Notes: generated by a model from the sequence alone, not told the origin. DNA of 63,987 bases, filler included, from Salisapilia sapeloensis CBS 127946 (GCA_023334545.1; 6 parts of 6 records of this genome joined end to end with filler, not necessarily neighbours in it); one strand, 5' to 3'. Positions 22,812 through 33,640 are shown, counted from the whole stretch's first letter. Program-made: numbers and translations.

Positions 22812-25800
22812 TTAGTTCGTACAATCATCGTCGTTGCAAAGGACATCGACAAGTTTATCACAATCTCCGATTGTACGTGTAAGTGACATGATCTGGTCGC
22901 CACTCATCAAGTAAGTGTCAGTACAAGCGCATGTCACTTGCTTTCTCCTTCCCTTCTCTTCCTCCTGGTTCGACTGATGAACTTCAAACGTTGCGTTGAA
23001 GTCAACTGTCACCGAGTATCCGCTCGAGTGAAAGCTTACAGCGTCACATGCGACAACTCGAAAGCTCTGTCGAAATAGCGAGACATACTTTCTCAACTCC
23101 TGTGCTCCTTGGTACGATCCCCAGAACGGGATCTCTTCCGGTACATCCGAATCGAGTACGAAGCTACTGGCGATGACAGGCGAAAGGAGCGAGATTTCTG
23201 GAATCACTCGGTACTTTATCTGTCCACCATCGTGTACAGTGGCAACGGACTTGATCAACGCGACATTAGTCATCTCACTTGTCTCGATACTATCGTGTCG
23301 ACCAGTACGGAACTGTGCTATTGCTTGTTGCATGATCTGTTGCCACTTCTTTTGCATCGCCTCCGATCTCGTGACAAACGTGAACGTTTCATTCATCTCT
23401 TTCGTCTTATCAAACACTTCGACTTGGAAGCCAAAAGCACCGACAGTAGGGTCCTTAGCATCTCGGCCGAACGAGATCCATTCATGTACGTTGCAGACGA
23501 CGACACGTTGGATGCTTGGACTTAATATGGATGAAGCGCTTTTACTTAAAAGGAACTGCTTAAGCTTCGCAGCTGCCGATGCCGCACTCGTGACATCTTT
23601 GAATCCTAAAGTACCACTAAGCATCTCGTGATACTCGCGTACTTCCATCTCACAAGTCTGTTGGTTAAAAACCAATCGAACCTTTTTCCACTCGCCATCT
23701 TTCTGGTACACACACCCAGACGACATGCTCTCTTGCTTAATCTCAAACTGATTCGCTGGATCCTTTCGTATCTCATCTGCAACCGACCATGTCTTGTTCG
23801 TCTCGGACTTCCAAACATTCTCTTGAGAAGGCTGTCGATGCTGTGTATCGACTGCATTCTGCCACGAACTGATATTATCTCCCTCGATCGACGGACGACG
23901 GAAAGGTTCCAGGTCTGGAGGTAGAAATTCACATCCAGAGGACGCTCGTCGATTGATTTCAAACAGATCGTCGTCATCACTCACGCGTCGATACAGGGTG
24001 ACATCGTCCTCAGTGTTAATCAGTCGAAGGCTATTGGCCCAATCATCCAGCGCGTTCAAGTGCTTGTAGTGCGCAGCGACGAGAGACGCTGCTAGATCAC
24101 GCCACCCGTGCACTGCCTTGCAGTACTGGACGATGAGTTCTTGCGGCAACGTCGGAGAGCTACATACTTTGTGTATTTTAATCGCCAGGACAGTCAAATG
24201 CGGATCGTACGGACGTGCTCGACGCTTTGACTGGAGTCTGTCCATGATAAAGGACAGTATGGAGGATGGAGGTCGAAAGAAACTACGCAAGAGAGGGTTG
24301 TTCACACTAGTACTGCGGTCCGTGACGTCCAGTATGACTTGGACGAGGCGACAATGAAGGATATTAGCAGTTGGAAACTTTGTAAATAAGTTGATGAGGA
24401 CTGGACCGAGGTCTAGTCTGGCTAATTTCGTATCAATGCGATCATTCGATAGACGGATGATGGAGCGTAAGAGCTCCACGACGTGGATGACAAGGAGACA
24501 CGACGTTAGTGGTCGCTGATTTAGCATTTGTTTCGTCGGCACAGCAGGCTTCACGGCCGGTGGTGACGTCTCTTCCTGCGGAGATACAGGTATGTCCTCA
24601 TCATCGATGGACGAGCTGTCCGAGTCCGAGAATCGCTCTTGATTCGCTAGCTCGCTAATGGTGCTTAGATGCTGTTCGTAGCTAATACTCCCACATAACG
24701 TATCCAGGATAGACTGTATTGCAGGAAGGACTCTGTCGACTGCTCCTTCCTCCTTGACACAGTGATTAAGACACTCTGTCAAGATATCTATAACCAGGAC
24801 TGTCGGACTCGCTTTCTGATCCTGTGTTTCTGCATCTAGATAAAAGATTTCAGCCATCGCGAGGTCAGCTAACTTGGTCATGGTCTCGTGCTTCTCCAAG
24901 ACAGCTGCCAACGCTGCCTCCTTAATTTCTTCATGTAGTATCGACTCGTCTTTCGGAATACGCTTTGGTACGATTTCACGCTCAAATTCTTGTACTGGTT
25001 CGAACGATGCCAAGTGAAGACGAGAACGATAGTAATAACGAAAGGTATTGGGGAAGTGCTGGGCAAAGGTATCGCGTAGGATCGAAGCACACCAGCCAAC
25101 GCGTTCATAGACAAAAGGTTCGTCGTAAAAGATAGAACTTTTCCAACTCGGCGATGGACTGTACGTCGAGTGTGTCGAAGTGATGGAGCTTGTAGATGCT
25201 GTCGAGGCAGACGATACGGAACGTAGAGGACTTACTGGACCAGTCACGCGCTGGACGATGCTTTGGAAGATTGGAACGAGAGGATGCAGTCGCTTCTGTG
25301 CCAAGTGAATAAGACCATGTAATAAAGACGCGAGCTCGGCGTTGTACGAGTGTTGTGCCATGCGAGAGAAGAGAGAATCATGGCCTGGTTCCTGGATCTC
25401 ACTTATCATCGCATGGACGGATGGGTACACAACGAGTCGCTTCGTGATTCGACAAAGATTGGAAATGATCGTCGGATCTATCTGTTGACGCTCGCTACTG
25501 ATGCCACTGGATTCACGTCTGTACATGGTCTTTAAACCAGAGATAGCTCCGGCATCCCGATGCTCTCTCTCGCCATACATCCATAGGACTCGATATAGAC
25601 CTGCAAACACTTTCTTCCATTCGCTCGCAGACAGCTCTTCTAGTCGAACGACATATGACCGGTCTGAAATGCTACCACTGGATGCTCGCAACATGGCAAA
25701 CGCTCTGTCGCTATTCGAATCGGAACGTTTAGACGATGACGAAGACGTCCATGGTGCCTCTGCAATCAAATCAGTAATAGACGGCGGCTCAACAGGATTT

Positions 25801-26090
25801 AAAGCAGACACATGTTCCCTCTCCTCTTCTTCGCTTTCACTCTCGGACTGTCCATTGTCCGTTGTCTGATTCGTGTCACTTTCCCCTGCGTCAGATGTCT
25901 TCTCCTCTTCATCCTCTTCCTCTGGTGTACATTTCGGCTGTCCATACCACGAGACCACTTGAAGGTAGAATTGGAGGATGATCTCGGTAGCTAACATCGC
26001 TCGCCGATGATGTCCTCCCACCGGTCGTTCAGCATTATCGGACGAATCGCTGTCATCAGCTGCCTGCGCGTTTGCCGGCTCTTCAGCCAT
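22812..26090 (-). CDS. SAPS/PP6-regulatory-subunit-like protein with PH-like and C-terminal SnoaL/NTF2-like domains
   Basis: Single long ORF; LINLFTKFPTANILHCRLVQVI resembles SAPS F.KYPWNNFLH; PH-like segment ending RSEAMQKKWQQIMQQAI; terminal PEEIPFWGSYQG...DTYLMSGDQI. Start codon uncertain. Confidence 0.6.
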   Translation of the reverse strand: MAEEPANAQAADDSDSSDNAERPVGGHHRRAMLATEIILQFYLQVVSWYGQPKCTPEEEDEEEKTSDAGESDTNQTTDNGQSESESEEEEREHVSALNPVEPPSITDLIAEAPWTSSSSSKRSDSNSDRAFAMLRASSGSISDRSYVVRLEELSASEWKKVFAGLYRVLWMYGEREHRDAGAISGLKTMYRRESSGISSERQQIDPTIISNLCRITKRLVVYPSVHAMISEIQEPGHDSLFSRMAQHSYNAELASLLHGLIHLAQKRLHPLVPIFQSIVQRVTGPVSPLRSVSSASTASTSSITSTHSTYSPSPSWKSSIFYDEPFVYERVGWCASILRDTFAQHFPNTFRYYYRSRLHLASFEPVQEFEREIVPKRIPKDESILHEEIKEAALAAVLEKHETMTKLADLAMAEIFYLDAETQDQKASPTVLVIDILTECLNHCVKEEGAVDRVLPAIQSILDTLCGSISYEQHLSTISELANQERFSDSDSSSIDDEDIPVSPQEETSPPAVKPAVPTKQMLNQRPLTSCLLVIHVVELLRSIIRLSNDRIDTKLARLDLGPVLINLFTKFPTANILHCRLVQVILDVTDRSTSVNNPLLRSFFRPPSSILSFIMDRLQSKRRARPYDPHLTVLAIKIHKVCSSPTLPQELIVQYCKAVHGWRDLAASLVAAHYKHLNALDDWANSLRLINTEDDVTLYRRVSDDDDLFEINRRASSGCEFLPPDLEPFRRPSIEGDNISSWQNAVDTQHRQPSQENVWKSETNKTWSVADEIRKDPANQFEIKQESMSSGCVYQKDGEWKKVRLVFNQQTCEMEVREYHEMLSGTLGFKDVTSAASAAAKLKQFLLSKSASSILSPSIQRVVVCNVHEWISFGRDAKDPTVGAFGFQVEVFDKTKEMNETFTFVTRSEAMQKKWQQIMQQAIAQFRTGRHDSIETSEMTNVALIKSVATVHDGGQIKYRVIPEISLLSPVIASSFVLDSDVPEEIPFWGSYQGAQELRKYVSLFRQSFRVVACDAVSFHSSGYSVTVDFNATFEVHQSNQEEEKGRRKQVTCACTDTYLMSGDQIMSLTRTIGDCDKLVDVLCNDDDCTN

Positions 26091-26832
26091 CGTTGCAAAC
26101 CGGAAGATGATGCTCATGCTTTCAGGTGTTAACAATAACCGTTGCAATGGAGTGAACCCTCGTTCACGCGATTGGAGGTTGCCTGTGATCGTCGCGGATG
26201 CATATCGAGGGCAGAAGACAGTAGATAGTGAAGAAGCACATCGTAGATCAGTATATGTGTGACCTATAACATCGCTTCCTACGTGATCCTCCGGACGTGA
26301 ACGTACAGAGTGCTGGCACGTACAAACTGGCATTGTGCCTTCTGAATTGCGACCTTGTCGATGGGAGTTCGTAACGTGGGTTGAGATGGCAGCTGGGTTT
26401 CAGTTAGAAACACCTAACTCATGTACGCACACCGCGTTCCGACTTTCCGTCTGTTGTGATGTCCTACCCACGATCTGATCGCAGCTGTTAAGTAGTGTGT
26501 CGCTGCCCACAAATTATGGTAGAAAAGATACTTTTAAAGAGACACTGATCAGAAAGCACCCATGATCATCCGCCCCTAAATAAAATAGACATAGCAAACA
26601 TCCCACGGTCATCTGCCCTTTCGACAGGCCGAAGTATCAGAAAAAACATGTGGAGATCGACTGGAACTGTAGTCTCGAACGGAGCTGTCGTTGGCTTCAA
26701 ATAAAGTCGTACCAGCCGACAAACGCGAATCGCCCGCACGTCAGCTTGTTAACTTGGAGCGAGAATCATCTCCCGTCGACCTTCCTACAGCTCATTCTTA
26801 AATCTGCCCCGGTCAGCTCAGTCTCGACTATC

Positions 26833-28566
26833 ATGAAGCTTGCCTATGCCCTTGCAACGATTCCGGCGCTGTGCGCTTTGATCGCTGAGCCAGTCCAAAG
26901 TCGACAGATGCATGCGAAGCTTGACTATGATCGCTACTTGCAGGAAAAGGAGACCGTCGAGGATGAATACAAAGCCTGGATGTCTCGCTACCGTGATGTC
27001 GCTGAAATGAACGGCTTCATTCCGCACAAGAATGGAAAGTACTTTAAGGTCAAGACCCGAAAGGCCAACCGGAAAGTTGGAGGAGAAGCTGATCCTGCTA
27101 TGCTCGGCAACGACGGTGATAGCGACGATGATGACAGTGATGACGACGAAGATGAAGACGAGAAGGAGGATCGCCTCCAACGTTATCAGGTTGCCAAGCA
27201 AGAAGTGGAGGAGCTAAACAAGACAAACCCCGATGCCGTCTTCTCGCTCGACACGCCATTTACGCTCATGTCTGACGAAGAGTTTACTGCATTCGTCCAA
27301 AGAGGCTTCGGAAGCTTCGTTCCTGGGCAAGGAGGTGCTGCTGACGCCATTCACAACGAGCGTCGTCTCCGAGGACAATACGATTCCAATGACAACGGCT
27401 TCGGCTGGAGCATCAAGAATCTATTCAACTTTGGAAACCGTGCCAGTGACGACCAGGGCGAGAAGACGACTGGAGGCCCTTACCAAGGTGGATTCGGTGG
27501 AGCTCCTCAAGGTGGATTCGGTGGAGCTCCTCAAGGTGGATTCGGTGGTGCGCCTCAAGGTGGTAGCACCCAGAGTCGCACGTTCCACAAAAGCTTTGGC
27601 TCATTTGCAGACCTGCAAAAGTGGTTCCAAGACTATATGAGCGGCAAGGTCACCCCAGACTCGAACGGTGGTGGTGATGACTCGCCCAGCCCGGAACCTG
27701 TTGGTCCTGTCGCTCCAACGTACGCCCCGACGAGTGCTCCTGAGCCCACGACGGAAACGCCTGCTGCCGATGACAACCGACCAGTGGCTCCGACATACTC
27801 TCCGTCTAGTGATGACTCGAACTTGCCCGTCGCACCGACGTACGCCCCGACTTCGGCTCCAACAGGAAACGAGGCAACGCCGGAAGCTGCGACGAATGGA
27901 GATAAAGCACCTGGCCCGGACATGAATGGAGCAGACGCTCATGACTGGACGGAAACGCCATGCATTACGACCCCGAGAAACCAGGGTCAGTGCGGTTCTT
28001 GCTGGGCTTTTGCTGCGACGGCAGCCATGGAAGCGGCTGTGTGCATTAAAAATGGCGAGAAGTCTGCCGCGACGTACTCTCCTCAACAGATCATCGACTG
28101 TGACCAGCAGAATTTGGGATGCCAGGGTGGTGCTACCATGTACGCGTTGCAGTATACGCAGGAGACTGGTCTGTGTCTGGAACAGGATTACCCATACACA
28201 TCGGAGAACGGCCAGTCCGGTAGGTGTGACAACTCGTGCTCCAAGGTACAGACTGGCATGACTGGCATCAAAAGACCTGATGGTGAACAGGGACTCGTTG
28301 AAGCCGTGAAAACCCGTCCGGTCATTGTCGGAGTTGCTGCTGGTAACCCAGCTTGGAAGCAGTACGTTCGAGGTACGATTTCCGACTGCCCATCCAGTCA
28401 AATCGATCACGCTGTCGTTGTTGTCGGCTACGACGAGAAATCCTTCAAGATTAAGAACTCGTGGGGTGAAGAGTGGGGTGAGGAAGGCTTCGCACGTATC
28501 GCCCGAGGCGGTGGGGCTGCTGGAACATGCCAAATGTACACGGACATGTATCAGCCTGAGATGTAA
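26833..28566 (+). CDS. Secreted papain-family (C1A) cysteine protease with I29-like prodomain and long low-complexity insert
   Basis: Signal peptide MKLAYALATIPALCALIA; NQGQCGSCWAF, IDHAVVVVGY and KIKNSWG carry the catalytic Q/C/H/N residues. Confidence 0.95.
   Translation: MKLAYALATIPALCALIAEPVQSRQMHAKLDYDRYLQEKETVEDEYKAWMSRYRDVAEMNGFIPHKNGKYFKVKTRKANRKVGGEADPAMLGNDGDSDDDDSDDDEDEDEKEDRLQRYQVAKQEVEELNKTNPDAVFSLDTPFTLMSDEEFTAFVQRGFGSFVPGQGGAADAIHNERRLRGQYDSNDNGFGWSIKNLFNFGNRASDDQGEKTTGGPYQGGFGGAPQGGFGGAPQGGFGGAPQGGSTQSRTFHKSFGSFADLQKWFQDYMSGKVTPDSNGGGDDSPSPEPVGPVAPTYAPTSAPEPTTETPAADDNRPVAPTYSPSSDDSNLPVAPTYAPTSAPTGNEATPEAATNGDKAPGPDMNGADAHDWTETPCITTPRNQGQCGSCWAFAATAAMEAAVCIKNGEKSAATYSPQQIIDCDQQNLGCQGGATMYALQYTQETGLCLEQDYPYTSENGQSGRCDNSCSKVQTGMTGIKRPDGEQGLVEAVKTRPVIVGVAAGNPAWKQYVRGTISDCPSSQIDHAVVVVGYDEKSFKIKNSWGEEWGEEGFARIARGGGAAGTCQMYTDMYQPEM
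27484..27564 (+). repeat. Coding tandem repeat, 3 x 24 nt (QGGFGGAP) plus a partial unit
   Basis: caaggtggattcggtggagctcct twice, then a near-identical third unit. Confidence 0.95.
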
Positions 28567-28762
28567 ATGCGCGGACTGTCTAGATTGGGCGTTCCCTTTC
28601 CTGTATATGCTGCTTGTGCACGAGTAATAAAACACATTTGTGACCATAACCTACTTTGCTTTGGACCTCTCAATGCTTTCATCTAGTTTCAAGGGAACGT
28701 AGAGGTAGCTTATCTACCAGAGCACAAACATTGCGATGTTGGCAATAGTGTACTTGCTTAGC

Positions 28763-28931
28763 CTAATAGTCGTCGCCACGGAGAAAGGTATTGATCATCT
28801 CAAGACTGACAGCAGGCTGGTTCATCGGGACCATGTGCCCAGCGTCGTAGATGCGGAGGAAGGCGAGGTTGGCGAAAGAGCGAACTTCGCCTGCGTTACC
28901 GACGGCTTTCGTCATGAACGGACGGTCCTCT
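28763..28931 (-). CDS. Serine carboxypeptidase (S10) C-terminal fragment, copy 2 (inverted relative to copy 1)
   Basis: 28791-28931 is the exact reverse complement of 11036-11176; the rest differs by synonymous changes and ends in TAG instead of TAA. Confidence 0.9.
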
Positions 28932-29031
28932 NNNNNNNNNNNNNNNNNNNNNNNNNNNNNNNNNNNNNNNNNNNNTTAATTAATTAANNNNNNNNNNNNN
29001 NNNNNNNNNNNNNNNNNNNNNNNNNNNNNNN
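28932..29031. other. Assembly spacer: N run with TTAATTAATTAA linker
   Basis: Same 100-nt spacer design. Confidence 0.97.
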
Positions 29032-29726
29032 AACATGTTGAAGCACTGCTCGACTGGGTTCATTGCTCTCTACCTGCACATAATGAAGGAAAGGCTTAGT
29101 GAAAAGTGGGATAGCATCTTTAAGGGCACCAAGCAAAGCTCAAGCTTGGGCTATGCAAAGAATGGAGTAAAATGACATATTTCTGTATTAGCATGCGCAA
29201 GGCAGATCAATTCTCCACGACATTTTCATTCGCTCTATAGATTGCATGATAGCAGCATACACAAAGCGTTTTTTATAAATAGCTGCTTGGACTGCTGTTT
29301 CCTAGCAAATTAGAGTAAGCCTTCCGTACGATTGTGTAAATACGAGTAGTGCAAATGAAGGACGTTAAACTCTTTTACGTGCGTATACTTGTCGAGACAG
29401 TAAGGCAATGGCAAGATCAGACGTACTGTTCATGAAGTCATCTCTTCGATCGAATACTGATTTAACAGTAATCCAAGTTCTGTACCACGAAATCTCCTAC
29501 ATACCTTGCTTTTATGGGCACACACTAACGCAATAGCTCTACCCAGTCATCGTGTTCGTTGCCATACACACATTCAGCAATTCTCGTATCAGCTAGACAG
29601 CGACTTTAGACTTGTAGCAGGTCCAGTTTCCGCAACCGAATCCATTCCCCTGCAGAGTAGATCGATTTATTGATCGCACTCAAGAGCTGCAAATTATGCC
29701 GGACGTTTATGACACAAACACAAAAG

Positions 29727-30493
29727 ATGGCAGCTCGAGCTCTCGCAGCGCTTCCTGTCCTTGCCGTCGCTGGTTGGAGCTCCAATGCTGCATACCAGCG
29801 TCTGCAACTGCAGTCAAATCAATCGACCCTCGAGTTCCGCACTGGCAGCATGGACGAAACGGTTATGGAGACGCTCAACACGGGCGACCTCGTGCTCTTT
29901 CGTCGCCGACTCACTTCTCTGCAGCCTCTCGCGGCACTTTATACATGGGCAATTCGCCGAGCGTACAACCCTCGCTTTGACCAGTGTGGTATCATCTACG
30001 AAGACAGTCTCGGGCGTAAGTTTGTAGCTGAAGAAACATTGTCACAAGTGCATAGTCGACCGTATAGTGCGCGAGTGCTGACTTCTGCTTCGGACGAGAT
30101 TGTCATCCTGCCTCTAAAGACGGAACGGTCTCAGGAGTTTAACAAGAAGATCAAGGAATACATTGACACGCACGTCGATCGACCTAGTCGAGTGTCCGGA
30201 AGGCATCTGCTGCATGCTCTCGTGGACTGCGTGCGCCCTCCCCGCACAGGCACCTCTCCTATTGACCAGAACAAACTCTCTCCTCTCATGCCATGCGCAG
30301 GTACAGTCTAAAACCATCCAATTCAATGCAAACTAGTCATCATTTCTTATCGTCCGTAGGCTTTGTCGCGGAAGCGTACGAGACCATTGGGCTTTTGCCT
30401 TCTAGTCCGTCCATCACGCCTAGAGAGTTCTTCCGTCAGCCTCTCGACGCATCCGCCAAATTCGGTCGTCAGCTCCCGATCCGACTCCTCTAG
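29727..30493 (+). CDS. Permuted papain-like (NlpC/P60, YiiX/C92-like) protein; one intron near 30302-30359
   Basis: LNTGDLVLF...FDQCGII...spliced MPCAGFVAEAYETIGLL...TPREF follows the GDL.LF / H.GI / CSELVA.AY...GLL / P.DF order of permuted NlpC/P60 proteins. Confidence 0.6.
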
Positions 30494-31961
30494 ACTTCCT
30501 TCGGAAGGCACTTAAGGTGGTAGGCCTGACCGGTGCCATAGTCTCGGAAAGCCGGTGGGACCATGCCCCACTGCTCTCCTTCCTTCGTCAGGACACTCTT
30601 GCAGACGCTGCAGGTCGTCTGATAGAGCTTATCGTAGCACCCAAGCCACGTAAACAAATGGTAAAAGGCTGTCTCCGGAGCTTGCTTTCGAAACTGATCC
30701 ATCGCCCTTCTCGCGTTCAGCGACACGAGTTGGAAGAGTGCGTGCTTGGGCTCGGTCCAGGCACCGAGCTTGGCCTCTTCATTAAATGGAAGCACCGTGA
30801 TGCGTTGCATGTACTTGCTCACCTGCGTCCCTGCTGCTCTGGCCTGCTCCTGCTCCTTCGCCGCCTCCCTTGACTCGGTCAGTCGCTGCTTGAGTTCCTC
30901 CATCTCGTTCTTCGTCGCCTCTTCCGCCGCCAGTCGCGCCTTGGTGAGCATATCCGCCTTCTTCTTTTTGACCAGTTGCTGCTGCTGCTTCTTCTGTTTG
31001 TTGCGACTGCTGCGCAAACGACCCTGGGTGACGGCAGGAGACTGCGGGGTGGAAGGAGTCATGGGAGATGCAGCCACCCCCGTCTCACCACTAGGACCAG
31101 ACTCGGGGATCGCAGGGCTAAAGGACAGATAGACCGTCACCTCTCGACTGATCTCGCACCGGATGGACCGAATGACTCGTCGCCCTCCTCTCGTCGTCTC
31201 CACTTGCTTAAAAAACTTGAGCTTCCGGTTGCGTCCAGCCATGTAATCCAGCATCTCGTTCAACGTCCTATCGTCCTCATCAGAAACGTACTCTTTTGTA
31301 CGACAAGATACAGAAGGCATACCCTGGCTGCTTTTCTCCGTACGGATCAAAGACTCGACCGCGCTTGTGCGATTTCGGAACAAAAAACGGGTTGGGAGAC
31401 GGTGGACAGCGCACATCTCCCAGCGTCTCCAGGCGAGGGAAGGCGCCGCCAAGCTGCTCTAGGAAGACGTTCTGGGCCTTTGTCCCCATCTCCTGCACCT
31501 GATTCTTCCAGTGGTACTCGAGCATCAAGTTCCTATTCTCATCTACTTAGAATGATGCTATTTCGTATTTTGTGCATGCGTGATAGTACCGATGGGTCTG
31601 AGTCACATTCTCTATGGGCTTGGTCTTGTTGTCTAGAGGCACCTTGTTAGGCGAATGGTGCCTGGAAGGATACGAACAAAGCACACATACCAAATTCAGG
31701 AACCAGTTTGCGTAATAGCTTGAGATTCGTCTGCACACGCTCCAGCTTGCCTTTGATGGCAAGACGCATGGCATCATCGCCCGTTGTGCCGCTGCCGCTC
31801 GTTCCGGCAGAAGCCTCCCCATTGCTACTTCCGGCGTCACTCGCAACACCGGTGCTCTTGGTTTGGTCCTGACACAAGTCGAGCACGATGCTCTCGGCCG
31901 TCGACCGCAGCACGCCGACCCTGCCGAGCAAGATGTCGGCCAAGTAGAACGGGTCGCCCAT
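30490..31961 (-). CDS. MED27: Mediator subunit 27, multi-exon
   Basis: C-terminal LFTWLGCYDKLYQTTCSVCKSVL...PPAFRDYGTGQAYHLKC matches the MED27 zinc-binding tail; upstream exons begin MGDPFYLADILL. Confidence 0.8.
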
Positions 31962-32233
31962 CCTATTCGTTGCCTGCGATCGATCGGACAATAGCGGTGG
32001 ATTTCAATTTAGATCGACGGCTAATTTGACGAGGCATTCCAAAGAAAAAGAAAAGAGTTTGCGTTCTTTCGTGACGGAGAAGTCTCTCCTCGAGATCTCC
32101 CGTCGGATCCACATTCATGACAAGAAACGATTCCAATACCACTATGCTAACAAGATACCATCCATAGTTAACGTTTATAATTGCATTATTTATTTTGTAC
32201 ACGCTTGCTTCCACGTTCTTGTAACTATGCAAA

Positions 32234-32806
32234 TTATCGCCTCGACCAGGCACTGCGGATCGATACGACAATCATCGGTTCGTTCTCGGGGACCACTGCT
32301 AGATCGTTCCTTATTTGAGCCAGCTTCCGTTTGAACACAAAATTGGTATACATTACGTATCGGCCACCCACTAGGACGCCGCCACTACGGTCCTGCATAC
32401 GATACATGGCCGGGACTGTCACTGGCGGTTCGACGTGGTTTTCCCTGTAAAACTCGCACGGCGAGTCGTCCGAGTCCACCGGCTCCGTGTCGGCCTCACT
32501 CTCCCCGCTGGACGATAAGCTCTTTTCCGTCTTGCTCGGGGCTGCATACATGCCTGTGAGGTCTTCATCACTCAAATACCGGAGCCACTCTTCCTTCGAG
32601 TACTCCTTCGTGGACTCTTTCTCCTTTTTCGACTTAAAATGCAAGTGTGACTGCGCATTCTTGATTGCAGCCTTCAACTTCTTCCGGCGGCTCCCCTTCG
32701 TTGGACTGGAAGCGTCCTGGTTCCGATGCAGCCACCGGTGGAGCGAAGGCCTATCCGCGCGACTGACCGCCACCGAGGACTCGGAGGAAGGACGACGAAG
32801 CTGCAT
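32234..32806 (-). CDS. Hypothetical basic/Ser-rich protein
   Basis: ATG-initiated 190-aa ORF; no recognised domain. Confidence 0.5.
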   Translation of the reverse strand: MQLRRPSSESSVAVSRADRPSLHRWLHRNQDASSPTKGSRRKKLKAAIKNAQSHLHFKSKKEKESTKEYSKEEWLRYLSDEDLTGMYAAPSKTEKSLSSSGESEADTEPVDSDDSPCEFYRENHVEPPVTVPAMYRMQDRSGGVLVGGRYVMYTNFVFKRKLAQIRNDLAVVPENEPMIVVSIRSAWSRR

Positions 32807-33223
32807 TTCCGCTCCTGGGGTTTATAACGCAACTCAGCAAGTGGCTTTTCCCTCTAGCAGAAAAAAATCACTCTTTTCGAACCAGAAAAAGCATAGGTTT
32901 GGGTAAACTTCGACAGTCTCATACCAAGTGATTGGTCCCGTGATGACTTCAACCCCGGACCGACCAGGTCCAAGACTGATAGGCGCTGCGGCGAGGGCGT
33001 TACGTCTTGAGAACATCGATGTAGGTGCATGCGGGCCACGAGTCTGCGTCCATCCCGTATCCGTATCTACCTTTTTATCCACATAACGTGTAAGCTCGGT
33101 TTCGAGCCGTAGAGGCGAAGCCATCACCTTCAACGACTCCATCAGGAGAAAATTGTATGCGAGTTCTTTTGAAAAATGTTTCACCTAAAATTTATTATGT
33201 CAATTCGTTCGCTAAAGTACCCA

Positions 33224-33640
33224 CTACCGCTTGCTTGATTTCGCTTTCTTTTGGTGATAGCCGCCCGGGTAGTACGCGCTGCTTATAAACTTCTCAGCTT
33301 TCGTACGTCGACGACCATTATGCCCGAGTTCCGGTAGTGTCGGCAACCCTTTGTCCTTGCGTTGCAACTGTCGCCGTCGATGCGCCTCCAAGTCAAACGG
33401 CACTCGTCGTCCGCCAACCATACACCACCCGTGATGCTTACGAAGCAAAAAGGGCTGGCGGAGCACTGTCGGTTCCACTTCCGTTGATGTTGCCTCTGCC
33501 TTGGCCCGCCGAGTGTCTCGGACGCGGCGTTTCTTGCCAATCAGCACCTCCCACAAGCTCCGATGCTTGGCGACGGTCAAGTCCTGCTTGGTCGGTAGCT
33601 GGGCAGCATTCCCATGCTTGGATTTGACGCCCAGGACCAT
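33224..33640 (-). CDS. Hypothetical basic protein
   Basis: ATG-initiated 138-aa ORF; shares a short VGGR-containing motif with the previous ORF. Confidence 0.45.
   Translation of the reverse strand: MVLGVKSKHGNAAQLPTKQDLTVAKHRSLWEVLIGKKRRVRDTRRAKAEATSTEVEPTVLRQPFLLRKHHGWCMVGGRRVPFDLEAHRRRQLQRKDKGLPTLPELGHNGRRRTKAEKFISSAYYPGGYHQKKAKSSKR

Noticed and set aside
27484-27564. 24-nt direct repeats as a CRISPR array
   Set aside because: No spacers, in frame within a protease, eukaryotic context.
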